NCBI GenBank assembly: GCA_964469755.1
Contig: CAYXYX010000001.1
Coordinates: 1 to 40,727 of the forward strand
Source: an uncultured Candidatus Saccharibacteria bacterium
GTDB lineage: Bacteria; Patescibacteriota; Saccharimonadia; Saccharimonadales; UBA4665
Reading direction: 5' to 3'
DNA length: 40,727 bases
The stretch's first letter is position 1; each line of letters starts with the position of its first letter. A program made the position numbers and the translations under genes. The notes beneath the pieces are model-generated. The model ran no database searches. It saw nothing but the letters and a program-made list of their open reading frames with translations, and was not told the origin of the DNA. Shown piece by piece: positions 27,136-35,106 of the stretch.

Positions 27136-28796
27136 TGTTTCGCAGCGGTGTCGTTACCGCTATTATTATCGCGGGCACTAAATGGTATGCCATCCATGGA
27201 CTTGATCGAAATATCTGACATAATTGAGTGCGAAATCACAACTGTAGAATCTGATTCCACAGTGAAAGCGAACACGTCCATTTGCTTGGTGACGGCATTG
27301 TACTTAAATGCCGAATAAGTGCCGGGATTTTGAGTAGATATGGTATCTGTGGATGCCTTGGTGTTGAAGTGCGCGCCACCGCTTCCGAGCGTGTATTCAA
27401 CGGCGTCAGTGGTGTCTGCAGTACCATAATTACGCATTCCAACATATTGATAATTGCGGCCATCTACTATCAGCACGGGCGGCTGAATCGCGTTGGCTGC
27501 TAATGAATCAAGGATTTGTTTTGCTAGCTTGTTGTCGTGTATGAACATGATCTGCGGTTGGTTAGCTTCAATTTCTTGCACGGCATTATCAACGAAAGTA
27601 TCAATGTCAACGTCGGGGTCGCGTAGCGAATCAACACCGTTCAAGTTGCCAATACCACTGATGCGCGGGTCGTTAAGGAGAAGCACTCGGAACCCATTGA
27701 TGACTTTTGTCTTATCATCGGCCATTATCAGGCCACGATCTTGCTCGGTTTGAATGATTTCGTCAGTGTCGTGCAGTCCTTCCGTCGCATAACTTTCAGT
27801 GTCGCCAGCTCTGTACATGTAAGCATCGATAATCGGCGTTTCGAATAATTTACCCAAGTCGGTCCAGTCACCAAGGTAGATACTGGTCTCAGCGTTGGTC
27901 AAACTGATTGATTCACCATAGATACGAGCCATACCTTGGTTGCCTTGGAAGTCATCGGCCGTAAAAAACAACTGCTCATCTTTAGTCGTTTGGAGTTCGG
28001 GTCGTTGGGCGATGGCCTCAGCTAAGTTTTTGGACACCTTGTCGTAAAAAGGGTTGTTAACTTCAAGCAGCGACTGAACGTACGGCGCTGCATCACCCAG
28101 CCCACCTACGAGTTGCGTGTTCTTACCGAGTTTTCCGCTTGCTAACTCCGGACTACCGACTACTGTTTGATGATCGTCATGGGTGTAGGCGTTCATGCCA
28201 ATCGTGTTTACTAAGACAGCACCTGATAGTAGTACTGCGGCGCTACCATACGCCCAGGGGCGTACAATTTTGTTCATGGAAGCTTGACCAGTATCGGGTT
28301 CACCTTTGATTGTTTTGCGGGTTAATTGCACCGCCCCCAAACCAAGCAGTTCAATTGCCGCCACGCCCCCAGCAACGCCTAACCCCCATTTGAGAAGATA
28401 ATTATCAGCCGTCGATTGAATACGAGCGATTTCTGGCTCAGGATCGTTCGCTAGCTGCGTAAAAGCATCGCGAGAATGCTTGTTCTGTAATTGGTGTAAA
28501 ATGTTGTTCCAATTGGCATTCACATCAAGTCCAACTGATTTATGGAGCAGAGGTACTTCGTAGTGTTCGGGCCGCAATACGGCGCCATCGGCAATTTGAG
28601 TGTGATCTTGGCCAATTACTGGCTTAACTTCAATATCTTGGCCGGCAATTTCGACATGACTCGCCGGTGCATGAGCAATGGCAGCTAGGCCGGCAGCCAC
28701 TGGGGTAGCAACTAAAAGGGCACCTACGGCAACCTTGCCAGCACGTTGCCAGCGGTTAAGAGACTGAGACTGTTCTTCGTATATCAATTCAGACAT
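27132..28796 (-). CDS. Membrane-anchored protein with a possible degenerate metallophosphoesterase-like domain
   Basis: 554 aa with TM segments (VAVGALLVATPVAAGLAAIA; WGLGVAGGVAAIELLGLGAV; WAYGSAAVLLSGAVLVNTIG). The C-terminal half has spaced motifs 'FFTADDFQGN', 'LGDWTDLG', 'EGLHDTD', 'MFIHDN' and 'SGGAHFN', which loosely follow the DxH/GDxxDxG/GNHD/H/GHxH order. Confidence 0.5.
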   Translation of the reverse strand: MSELIYEEQSQSLNRWQRAGKVAVGALLVATPVAAGLAAIAHAPASHVEIAGQDIEVKPVIGQDHTQIADGAVLRPEHYEVPLLHKSVGLDVNANWNNILHQLQNKHSRDAFTQLANDPEPEIARIQSTADNYLLKWGLGVAGGVAAIELLGLGAVQLTRKTIKGEPDTGQASMNKIVRPWAYGSAAVLLSGAVLVNTIGMNAYTHDDHQTVVGSPELASGKLGKNTQLVGGLGDAAPYVQSLLEVNNPFYDKVSKNLAEAIAQRPELQTTKDEQLFFTADDFQGNQGMARIYGESISLTNAETSIYLGDWTDLGKLFETPIIDAYMYRAGDTESYATEGLHDTDEIIQTEQDRGLIMADDKTKVINGFRVLLLNDPRISGIGNLNGVDSLRDPDVDIDTFVDNAVQEIEANQPQIMFIHDNKLAKQILDSLAANAIQPPVLIVDGRNYQYVGMRNYGTADTTDAVEYTLGSGGAHFNTKASTDTISTQNPGTYSAFKYNAVTKQMDVFAFTVESDSTVVISHSIMSDISIKSMDGIPFSARDNNSGNDTAAKH

Positions 28797-28807
28797 AAGG
28801 CTATCTT

Positions 28808-28818
28808 ATAATTATAGC
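28808..28818 (-). promoter_or_regulatory. Extended -10 promoter TGcTATAAT for the 554-aa gene
   Basis: The minus strand reads CTGTGCTATAATTATAAGATAGCCTTATG. The TATAAT ends 14 nt before the ATG at 28796. Confidence 0.4.
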
Positions 28819-28933
28819 ACAGATAATGGCTAATGTCAATATATTTGCATTTGATCACCTCTGTTATATTGTTCGCATGTAGGCCATTCATTATCAGCAA
28901 GCCATTCTCGAAGTCCAGCGGGGACATAATTAT

Positions 28934-30002
28934 TTAGGTAGGTCGGGATTCGGCCAGTATGTTCCGCATTTTTTCTGCCGCAGCTTCAATGCCAGCCCGT
29001 TCTAGTGCATGACCAGGCTCTGGGTATGTCATGACTTCACAGGGTACCCCAAAGAAGGCAAAAAAGTTCTGGTATTTTTCGTATGATTGCACCACTTTGA
29101 CCACTTGATCGGTATCTGGCTGGTCGCTCATCATGTAAATGGCCCGGGTGTCAGGAGTAATTATCCCCTCATATTTCCAGCGGTTATCCCAAAGATGCGC
29201 ATTTGCCAAGAAGCTGGTCTCGCTGGTGCGTACTTGTGGGCTAGATCCATCAAAGGTATTTTTGAAGGCCTCACGTCTATAATCGGTAAGTGCCGCAATG
29301 TCATGCCTGTTGTATTCCTTCCCAAGTTCACTAACATACTGACCGACTAGACCACCGTCATACACTCCAAAGTTATGCAGCTCAGCAATCGTTTTGGCAA
29401 AAAAGCCCCACTTGGCGTCATCTATATCGAAAGGGCTGGCGTTCATGGTTACCATTCTTACCGGTGCGCCAATCCCCCTGGCTGCGGTGAGTCCAAACAT
29501 GCCACCAGCGCTCACACCTTGTAGATCAATTGTTTTGGGTCGGTTGACGATCGAGAATTCACTACCGCAGGCCACCAAGCCTAAAGAAGGCCGCGGGATC
29601 CGATTGACTGTACACCGTTGAGTCTATTAAGCGCTCAGCAATAGACTTTCCGCTTTCTCGCCCCCATCCCCCCGAACAAAGGTTGACGTGCGCCGTTCTG
29701 GTCACTTCGTATTTTGCAAGGAATTCGATATCGATTGGTTGGTCATCAAAGGCAGCGGCAATAAGTGGCCGTTCAACAATACCGAGGACGTGGTTAAAGG
29801 CTGCCATGCTACTAACGGCGATGCCGGCGCCGAGCAGCGCTCGTCTTCCTATTACCACCGGATTTCGCGCTGAAGTCGGAGCTTCGTCTAAGAGTGCCGT
29901 TTCGGCATATTGATCGGGAGTATATTCCGTCATGTTGTTTCCGTTGGCATCAGTATGCTCCTGCTGATACCAGATTTCAACGGGGGTATTGTTGTTAAAC
30001 AT
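28934..30002 (-). pseudogene. Alpha/beta-hydrolase (esterase/lipase-like) with a Tat-like signal, split by a +1 frame change into two ORFs (29562-30002/30110 and 28934-29578)
   Basis: The upstream ORF has 'VVIGRRALLGAGIAVSSMAAF' (RRxLL plus a hydrophobic region) and '...VNLCSGGWGRESG...'. The downstream ORF continues in the +1 frame with the nucleophile elbow 'GVSAGG' and has only a TTG start. The two frames overlap by 17 nt around 29562-29578. Confidence 0.5.
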
Positions 30003-30026
30003 AAGACGGTTTTTTAAGCATGAAAA

Positions 30027-30135
30027 AAGCCGCATAAGTGAGTAAGGTGGGAGGGAAGAGATAAAAATCTCAATTCGATCCCGCTCATGCGGCTTGCCTC
30101 TGGTTCTCACTGTTGTGAGCGTCTTTGTCCAGAGG
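30027..30135 (-). terminator. Compound hairpin structure downstream of the small membrane-protein gene (terminator or cis-regulatory RNA)
   Basis: Read on the minus strand, hairpin 1 pairs CCTCTGG (30135-30129) with CCAGAGG (30103-30097) and has an inner CTCAC/GTGAG stem. Hairpin 2 pairs AAGCCGCAT (30095-30087) with ATGCGGCTT (30035-30027) across a 51-nt loop and is followed by TTTT. Confidence 0.4.
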
Positions 30136-30153
30136 ACTTCGTTCGTGTGTTGT

Positions 30154-30402
30154 TCAGTCGTCGACCTCCGATTTTTTGTGTGTAGCGGGCTGCGCCTCTT
30201 TCATGGGGAAGCGCTCGGAGATGACTTCTGATGCTACGTAGTTCGCGATGCACAAGATTGCCCAATAGAGGGAGGCGGTGCTCACACCTGTCAGTATCGC
30301 ATCAGACCATGTAAATGTCTGAATTAGCATTGCTGATAGACAATTGACACCGACAAGCAGGCAAGCGGCTCCGATGATGAGTTGGCCGGTCTTGATGGGC
30401 AT
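30154..30402 (-). CDS. Small two-TM membrane protein of unknown function
   Basis: The ATG at 30402 has AAGGAAG about 8 nt upstream. The product is 82 aa with two hydrophobic helices and a charged C-terminus. Confidence 0.55.
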   Translation of the reverse strand: MPIKTGQLIIGAACLLVGVNCLSAMLIQTFTWSDAILTGVSTASLYWAILCIANYVASEVISERFPMKEAQPATHKKSEVDD

Positions 30403-30514
30403 GGTTAAGTCTTCCTTTGCGGTGGGAGGTACAGGGACGAAACTAAAGTTACGAACTCTCTTAATCATAGCACAAAATAGACACAAAGTCAATAGATTCA
30501 CTGCCGCATACCTC

Positions 30515-30523
30515 TGTTATAAT
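30515..30523 (+). promoter_or_regulatory. Extended -10 promoter TGtTATAAT, 8 nt upstream of the alaS ATG (leaderless-type)
   Basis: TG at 30515-30516, TATAAT at 30518-30523, ATG at 30532. Confidence 0.45.
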
Positions 30524-30531
30524 TATTGGCA

Positions 30532-32481
30532 ATGAACGCTCAACAAATTCGCAACGCCTATCTAGAATTCTTTAAGGACCGTGGTCATGTTATAGTGCCG
30601 CGCGCCCCGCTGGTATTACAAGACGATCCCACTACGTTGTTCACTGGTTCTGGTATGCAGCCCATGATTCCGTATCTGTTAGGCGAACCACACCCGCATG
30701 GTCAACGCATTGTCGACAGTCAAACCTGTTTGCGCGCCCAAGACATCAACGACATTGGCGACAATCGCCACACCACGTTTTTTGAAATGCTGGGTAACTG
30801 GAGCATGGGTGACTACTTTAAAGAGCAACAAATCGAGTGGATGTTCGACTTCCTCGACACCGTTGTTGGGCTGGATATGAGTCGTCTGTATGTTACTTGC
30901 TTTGAGGGCGCCGCCGATTACGGCATTGCCAAAGACACCGAAGCCGCCGAAGTGTGGAAGCGGTTATTTGAAGCTAAAGGTTTGTCGTCTGGCGAAGCGC
31001 AAATTGGTTCTGAAGAGGATGGCTACCAGCGTGGTATGCGCGACGGCGAGCGCATCTTTTATTACGATGGCTCTAAAAACTGGTGGAGCCGCAACGGCGG
31101 CCCCGAAACCACACCGCTCGGTGACCCGTGTGGTCCCGATAGCGAAATGTTCTACGATTTTGAAACCGAACACGACACTGCTTTTGGCGAACACTGTCAC
31201 CCCAACTGTGACTGCGGTCGCTTTATGGAAATCGGCAATAACGTGTTTATGGCTTACCGCAAAGTGGCCGAGGGTAAGTTTGAACCCCTCGAAAAGCCCA
31301 ACATTGACCACGGCTCCGGCCTAGAGCGCATTGCCGCCGCTAAACTCGGCGATCCAGATGTGTTTAAAATCAGCCTGATGTGGCCAATCGTCGAAACATT
31401 ACAAACGATTAGTGGCAAGAAGTACGCCGATCATACTCAGGCTATGCGCGTGATTGCCGATCACTTGCGCGCCGCTACCTTTTTAGCCGTAGACGGTTGC
31501 GTGCCCAGCAACAAAGAGCAGGGCTACGTCATGCGCCGCCTAGTGCGCCGCGCCGTACGTTTTGCCTTTGAACTGGGCGTGGAACAAAACTTTATGGAGC
31601 AAATTGTCCCCGTTATAGCCGATTTATATGCCAACGACTTCCCCGAAGTGCTGGCCAACCGCGACACCGTCATAGAAGTGCTGGTTAAAGAAGAAAAAGT
31701 TTTCCGTCAAACTTTGCGCAAGGGGCTTAAAGAATTCGAGCGTTATTTTGTGCCGGGTAAAGAATTTGACTCAAATGCAGATAGTAAGACTCGAGCAGAA
31801 TCGATGGGTCACTCCGTGCAGCCGGTTTTGACTGGTGCACTTTTGTTTAAGCTGTACGATACCTACGGTTTTCCGGTCGAACTGTCAAAAGAGGAAGCTT
31901 CTCAGCAAAACATAAGCATAACATCAGATACTGATCTTGAGTTTGAGAAACTTATGGCCGAGCAGCGGGCGCGATCGCAGACCGCTGCTAAGGGCATTTT
32001 TAAAGGTGGTTTGGGCGGTCAAACTGAGCAGCACAAAAAGTACCACACTGCGACGCACCTCATGTACCAGTCCCTCCGGACGGTACTCGGTGATCACGTT
32101 ATTCAGCACGGTTCAAATATAACGCAGGAGCGCTTGCGCTTCGATTTTAGCCACCCCGAAAAGGTAACTCCAGAGCAAATTGCCACTGTTGAACAGATGG
32201 TAAACGAGCAAATTGCTAACGATCTACCGGTGTTCTGGAAGGAATATCCAACCGCCGAGGCTCATGCCCTGGGCGCTCTTGGCGCCTTTGGTGATCGCTA
32301 TGGAGATATCGTTAAAATTTATCAAATGGGCGAGGGCGATGCCCGCTTTAGCTTCGAGATTTGCGGCGGCCCACACGTTGACCACACCGGCCAATTAGCC
32401 GAAGGCGGCAAAGTCTTTAAAATCGTTAAAGAAGAGTCTTCTAGCTCCGGTATTCGCCGCGTAAAAGCAGTGCTCAAGTAA
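30532..32481 (+). CDS. alaS: Alanyl-tRNA synthetase lacking the C-Ala domain
   Basis: 649 aa. The class II catalytic core is present ('FFKDRGH', 'DPTTLFTGSGMQP', 'RHTTFFEMLGNWS'), as are the editing-domain motifs 'HTATHLM' and 'CGGPHV'. The protein ends right after '...SSSGIRRVKAVLK'. Confidence 0.93.
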   Translation: MNAQQIRNAYLEFFKDRGHVIVPRAPLVLQDDPTTLFTGSGMQPMIPYLLGEPHPHGQRIVDSQTCLRAQDINDIGDNRHTTFFEMLGNWSMGDYFKEQQIEWMFDFLDTVVGLDMSRLYVTCFEGAADYGIAKDTEAAEVWKRLFEAKGLSSGEAQIGSEEDGYQRGMRDGERIFYYDGSKNWWSRNGGPETTPLGDPCGPDSEMFYDFETEHDTAFGEHCHPNCDCGRFMEIGNNVFMAYRKVAEGKFEPLEKPNIDHGSGLERIAAAKLGDPDVFKISLMWPIVETLQTISGKKYADHTQAMRVIADHLRAATFLAVDGCVPSNKEQGYVMRRLVRRAVRFAFELGVEQNFMEQIVPVIADLYANDFPEVLANRDTVIEVLVKEEKVFRQTLRKGLKEFERYFVPGKEFDSNADSKTRAESMGHSVQPVLTGALLFKLYDTYGFPVELSKEEASQQNISITSDTDLEFEKLMAEQRARSQTAAKGIFKGGLGGQTEQHKKYHTATHLMYQSLRTVLGDHVIQHGSNITQERLRFDFSHPEKVTPEQIATVEQMVNEQIANDLPVFWKEYPTAEAHALGALGAFGDRYGDIVKIYQMGEGDARFSFEICGGPHVDHTGQLAEGGKVFKIVKEESSSSGIRRVKAVLK

Positions 32482-32542
32482 GCACTAGCGTATCTGTAAA
32501 AAGGTTGTATACTGGTACCTAGGTTACTAGTATTGCAAGGCT

Positions 32543-33694
32543 ATGCCAGCATCAAAAAATAAAAAACCAGTTGTAAAAAAAGCGCCCTCGCGACGAGTGG
32601 TGTCTTCAAGGCGCACCAAACGCCGTTCGGTGATGTCGCCACACTTGGTGCACCCGCGGCATACCTTTAGATTAGTACCGCATATCCATACAAGTTATCC
32701 TATGCTGGCTTACATGCTGCTATTGGTGGGTATTTTTAGCATCGGATGGACCAATTTTGTATCTGGCGACAGCTTTAGCGTAAGAGCCAAAATTCCAGCC
32801 GAGCCTTTGTTGGTGGCCGCCCAAATTACGGGGCCTAAAGATGGTGAAGTAGTCGACGATAAAGTCATTACCGTGACTGGTACCTGCCCGTATCATTCCT
32901 ACGTTAGGCTGTACCGCAACGATAGCTTTACGGGTATAGCACTGTGTCAGCCGACTGGTGAGTGGTCAATTCAAACCATGCTTATACTTGGTGAAAACAT
33001 GCTGTTTGCCCAAGATTATAATATTACCGATGATATTGGGCCGGTATCTGATCCAATATCTGTCACGAACCGACCGACGCCGGCACCTGTCAAAGTGGAT
33101 CCTTCGGCTGCGCGCTTAACTAATCCCGAAACTACTACCGATGCGACAACAATTGCCGCCGAAAAAGCGGCTAAAAATCCGTTAATATTAACCAGCGACT
33201 TTTTGTACAAAGGCGTATACGCCGGTGATCCATTTACCCAAACACTCAAATTAAGTGGTGGTAAAGCTCCCTATGCTGTCAGTATCGACTGGGGTGACGG
33301 CAGCTCGGAACTCAGCAGTCACGCTGAAGCCGGTGACTTTACCTTGACGCATACTTATGCACGGCCAAGTGATAATGGTAGTAGTTATGTGATTAAGGTA
33401 ACTGCCACAGATAATGATGGCCAAATTGCCTTGTTCCAAACCATAGCAATCATAACCTCACAGCAAACTGGTACCGGGGCATCTGGCTTGCCAAATGGCG
33501 GTAGTGGTACGGCAACCGATGTGAACAGTAATAGTGCTAGCGGATCAACACCGATTGAAAGATTCTGGAAAGTTGCCACTCCAGTTTATGTCGTGACGGT
33601 GGTGTCAGTTGCCAGTTTTTGGCTCGGACAGCATCAAGAAATCCAGTTATTACACCGCCAGGCGGTTCGAATGCACCGCAAGCGGCCACTCTAA
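32543..33694 (+). CDS. Ig-like plus PKD-like surface protein with N- and C-terminal TM segments; paralog of 24407-25312
   Basis: It has a basic N-terminus and a TM helix. The Ig-like module is 'ITVTGTCPYHSYVRLYRNDSFTGIALCQPTGEWSIQ'. The PKD motif is 'YAVSIDWGDGSS...HTYARPSDNGSSYVIKVTATDNDG'. The C-terminal TM helix is 'VATPVYVVTVVSVASFWLG'. Confidence 0.7.
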   Translation: MPASKNKKPVVKKAPSRRVVSSRRTKRRSVMSPHLVHPRHTFRLVPHIHTSYPMLAYMLLLVGIFSIGWTNFVSGDSFSVRAKIPAEPLLVAAQITGPKDGEVVDDKVITVTGTCPYHSYVRLYRNDSFTGIALCQPTGEWSIQTMLILGENMLFAQDYNITDDIGPVSDPISVTNRPTPAPVKVDPSAARLTNPETTTDATTIAAEKAAKNPLILTSDFLYKGVYAGDPFTQTLKLSGGKAPYAVSIDWGDGSSELSSHAEAGDFTLTHTYARPSDNGSSYVIKVTATDNDGQIALFQTIAIITSQQTGTGASGLPNGGSGTATDVNSNSASGSTPIERFWKVATPVYVVTVVSVASFWLGQHQEIQLLHRQAVRMHRKRPL

Positions 33695-33745
33695 TAACAA
33701 ACGATCCTAAAGCTGCTTTTCAGCTGGAGGAGTTCTACTCATAGG

Positions 33746-33760
33746 TGATATACTTATACT
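33746..33760 (+). promoter_or_regulatory. Extended -10 TGaTATACT, with a tandem second TATACT, just upstream of ftsA
   Basis: TG at 33746-33747, TATACT at 33749-33754 and again at 33755-33760, ATG at 33765. Confidence 0.4.
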
Positions 33761-33764
33761 GATT

Positions 33765-35096
33765 ATGCTTGATAAATTTAAAGCCACCTCACAATCGTTT
33801 GCCAAGCAGGCAGTTTCATCCGCCAAAGGTACGGTTAAATCCGCCCGCACCAAAGTTAAAAAAGGTGGCGATCAGCATTTAGTAGCTCTCGACATCGGTA
33901 CGGAATTTGTTAAGGCCCTAATTGGGCATGTGAAACCCGACGGTACGATTGAGATTATTGGCGTTGGGCGTCAGCACCAGGCTTTGACTGATATGCAAGC
34001 CGGTGCCATCGCCGACATAGCCGGCGTTGTCGATAACTGCGATAAAGCCCTGAGTGAAGCCGAAGAGCAAGCTGGTGTCAGCGTTCGTCAAGCCATTATC
34101 GGTATTGCCGGTGAACTGGTCAAAGGTACTACGACCACAGTGCGGGTCAGTCGCAAAGACTCAGCTAAGCAATTAGATGTCGGCGAGATGGAAACGATTA
34201 TTCACTTAGTACAAGAACGAGCCGAAAAGCGTGCTAAAACGGAACTAGCCTGGGAGCTTGGCGGCAAGGAAGTCGCCGTGCGTCTAGTTAACAGCGCGTT
34301 GGTAAGTATCGAAATTGACGGCTATCCAGTGACGAACCCAATTGGTTTTCAGGGAAAAGACGTGGTAGTGCAGCTTTACACCGCTTTTGCGCCGATGATT
34401 CACATTGGGGCGCTCGAAAAGACCGCCCAGGAGCTGGATCTTGATCTGTTGGCAGTCGCTGCTGAGCCATTTGCCGTATCGCGAGCGGTGATTGGTGACA
34501 CGCCAAACCAATCACTTAGCGCAATTTTGATGGACGTTGGTGGCGGTACGACTGATATTGCCGTTATTAACGACGGAGGGGTGCAGGGAACTAAAATGTT
34601 CGGCATTGGCGGCCGAGCCTACACCCGCGCCATCGAACGTGATTTGAGCGTGGACTTTGATGTCGCTGAAGAATTAAAGATAGGTCTAAGCAGTAATAAA
34701 ATACCGGCCCAAAAACGTCCGTCCATCGAAACTGCGCTTGGCAAAACCGCCGATGTTTGGATTAGCGGTATTGAACTGGCCCTCGCTGAGTTTCCGAAGC
34801 TTGATCACTTGCCGCACCGCATGTTCCTTTGTGGTGGTGGTTCCAGTCTAGACATGCTTATGAACCGGCTAGAAGGTAGCACTTGGTACAAGCAACTGCC
34901 GTTCACCCGAAAGCCATCAGTGCACTATATTCGCCCTGAACAGGTGGTTGGTATTACCGATAGTACGGGTAAAGTGAATGACCACACATTTATTACGGCC
35001 ATGGGATTGCTGCGTGTCGGATTAGATACGCTGCAGCTTGGCGGTAGCGGTGGTGGTACAATTCGTGAGAAACTAGATAGGATGTTAAGCGTTTAG
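33765..35096 (+). CDS. ftsA: Actin-like cell division ATPase FtsA
   Basis: 443 aa. It has 'LVALDIGTEFVKALIG', 'MDVGGGTTDIAV', 'AEELKI' and 'LCGGGSSL', plus a short amphipathic C-terminus. A PilM-type assignment is less likely but not excluded. Confidence 0.75.
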   Translation: MLDKFKATSQSFAKQAVSSAKGTVKSARTKVKKGGDQHLVALDIGTEFVKALIGHVKPDGTIEIIGVGRQHQALTDMQAGAIADIAGVVDNCDKALSEAEEQAGVSVRQAIIGIAGELVKGTTTTVRVSRKDSAKQLDVGEMETIIHLVQERAEKRAKTELAWELGGKEVAVRLVNSALVSIEIDGYPVTNPIGFQGKDVVVQLYTAFAPMIHIGALEKTAQELDLDLLAVAAEPFAVSRAVIGDTPNQSLSAILMDVGGGTTDIAVINDGGVQGTKMFGIGGRAYTRAIERDLSVDFDVAEELKIGLSSNKIPAQKRPSIETALGKTADVWISGIELALAEFPKLDHLPHRMFLCGGGSSLDMLMNRLEGSTWYKQLPFTRKPSVHYIRPEQVVGITDSTGKVNDHTFITAMGLLRVGLDTLQLGGSGGGTIREKLDRMLSV

Positions 35097-35106
35097 CGGG
35101 AATATT

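Noticed and set aside
29562-29578. Programmed +1 ribosomal frameshift (prfB-like) joining the two hydrolase ORFs.
   Set aside because: The junction reads ...CUG CGG UAG U.... There is no slippery CUU-U type P-site codon and no upstream SD-like stimulator at the right distance. A simple indel (pseudogene or sequencing error) is more parsimonious.
26533-30501. Treating the 26.5-30.5 kb block as a genomic island or defence system. It holds a hypothetical gene, a degenerate phosphoesterase, a split hydrolase and a small membrane protein.
   Set aside because: No nuclease, ATPase, methyltransferase, toxin or integrase signatures are present, and there is no flanking tRNA or direct repeats. It looks like a patch of lineage-specific envelope or secreted proteins undergoing decay, not a recognisable system.
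33765-35096. PilM (type IV pilus assembly actin-like ATPase) instead of FtsA.
   Set aside because: Several features favour FtsA: the length (443 aa), the FtsA-like 'GGGTTDIAV' and 'LCGGGSSL' motifs, a C-terminal amphipathic tail, the absence of pilN/pilO-like small bitopic genes downstream, and a neighbourhood of wall-remodelling genes. The call is kept at confidence 0.75, not higher.
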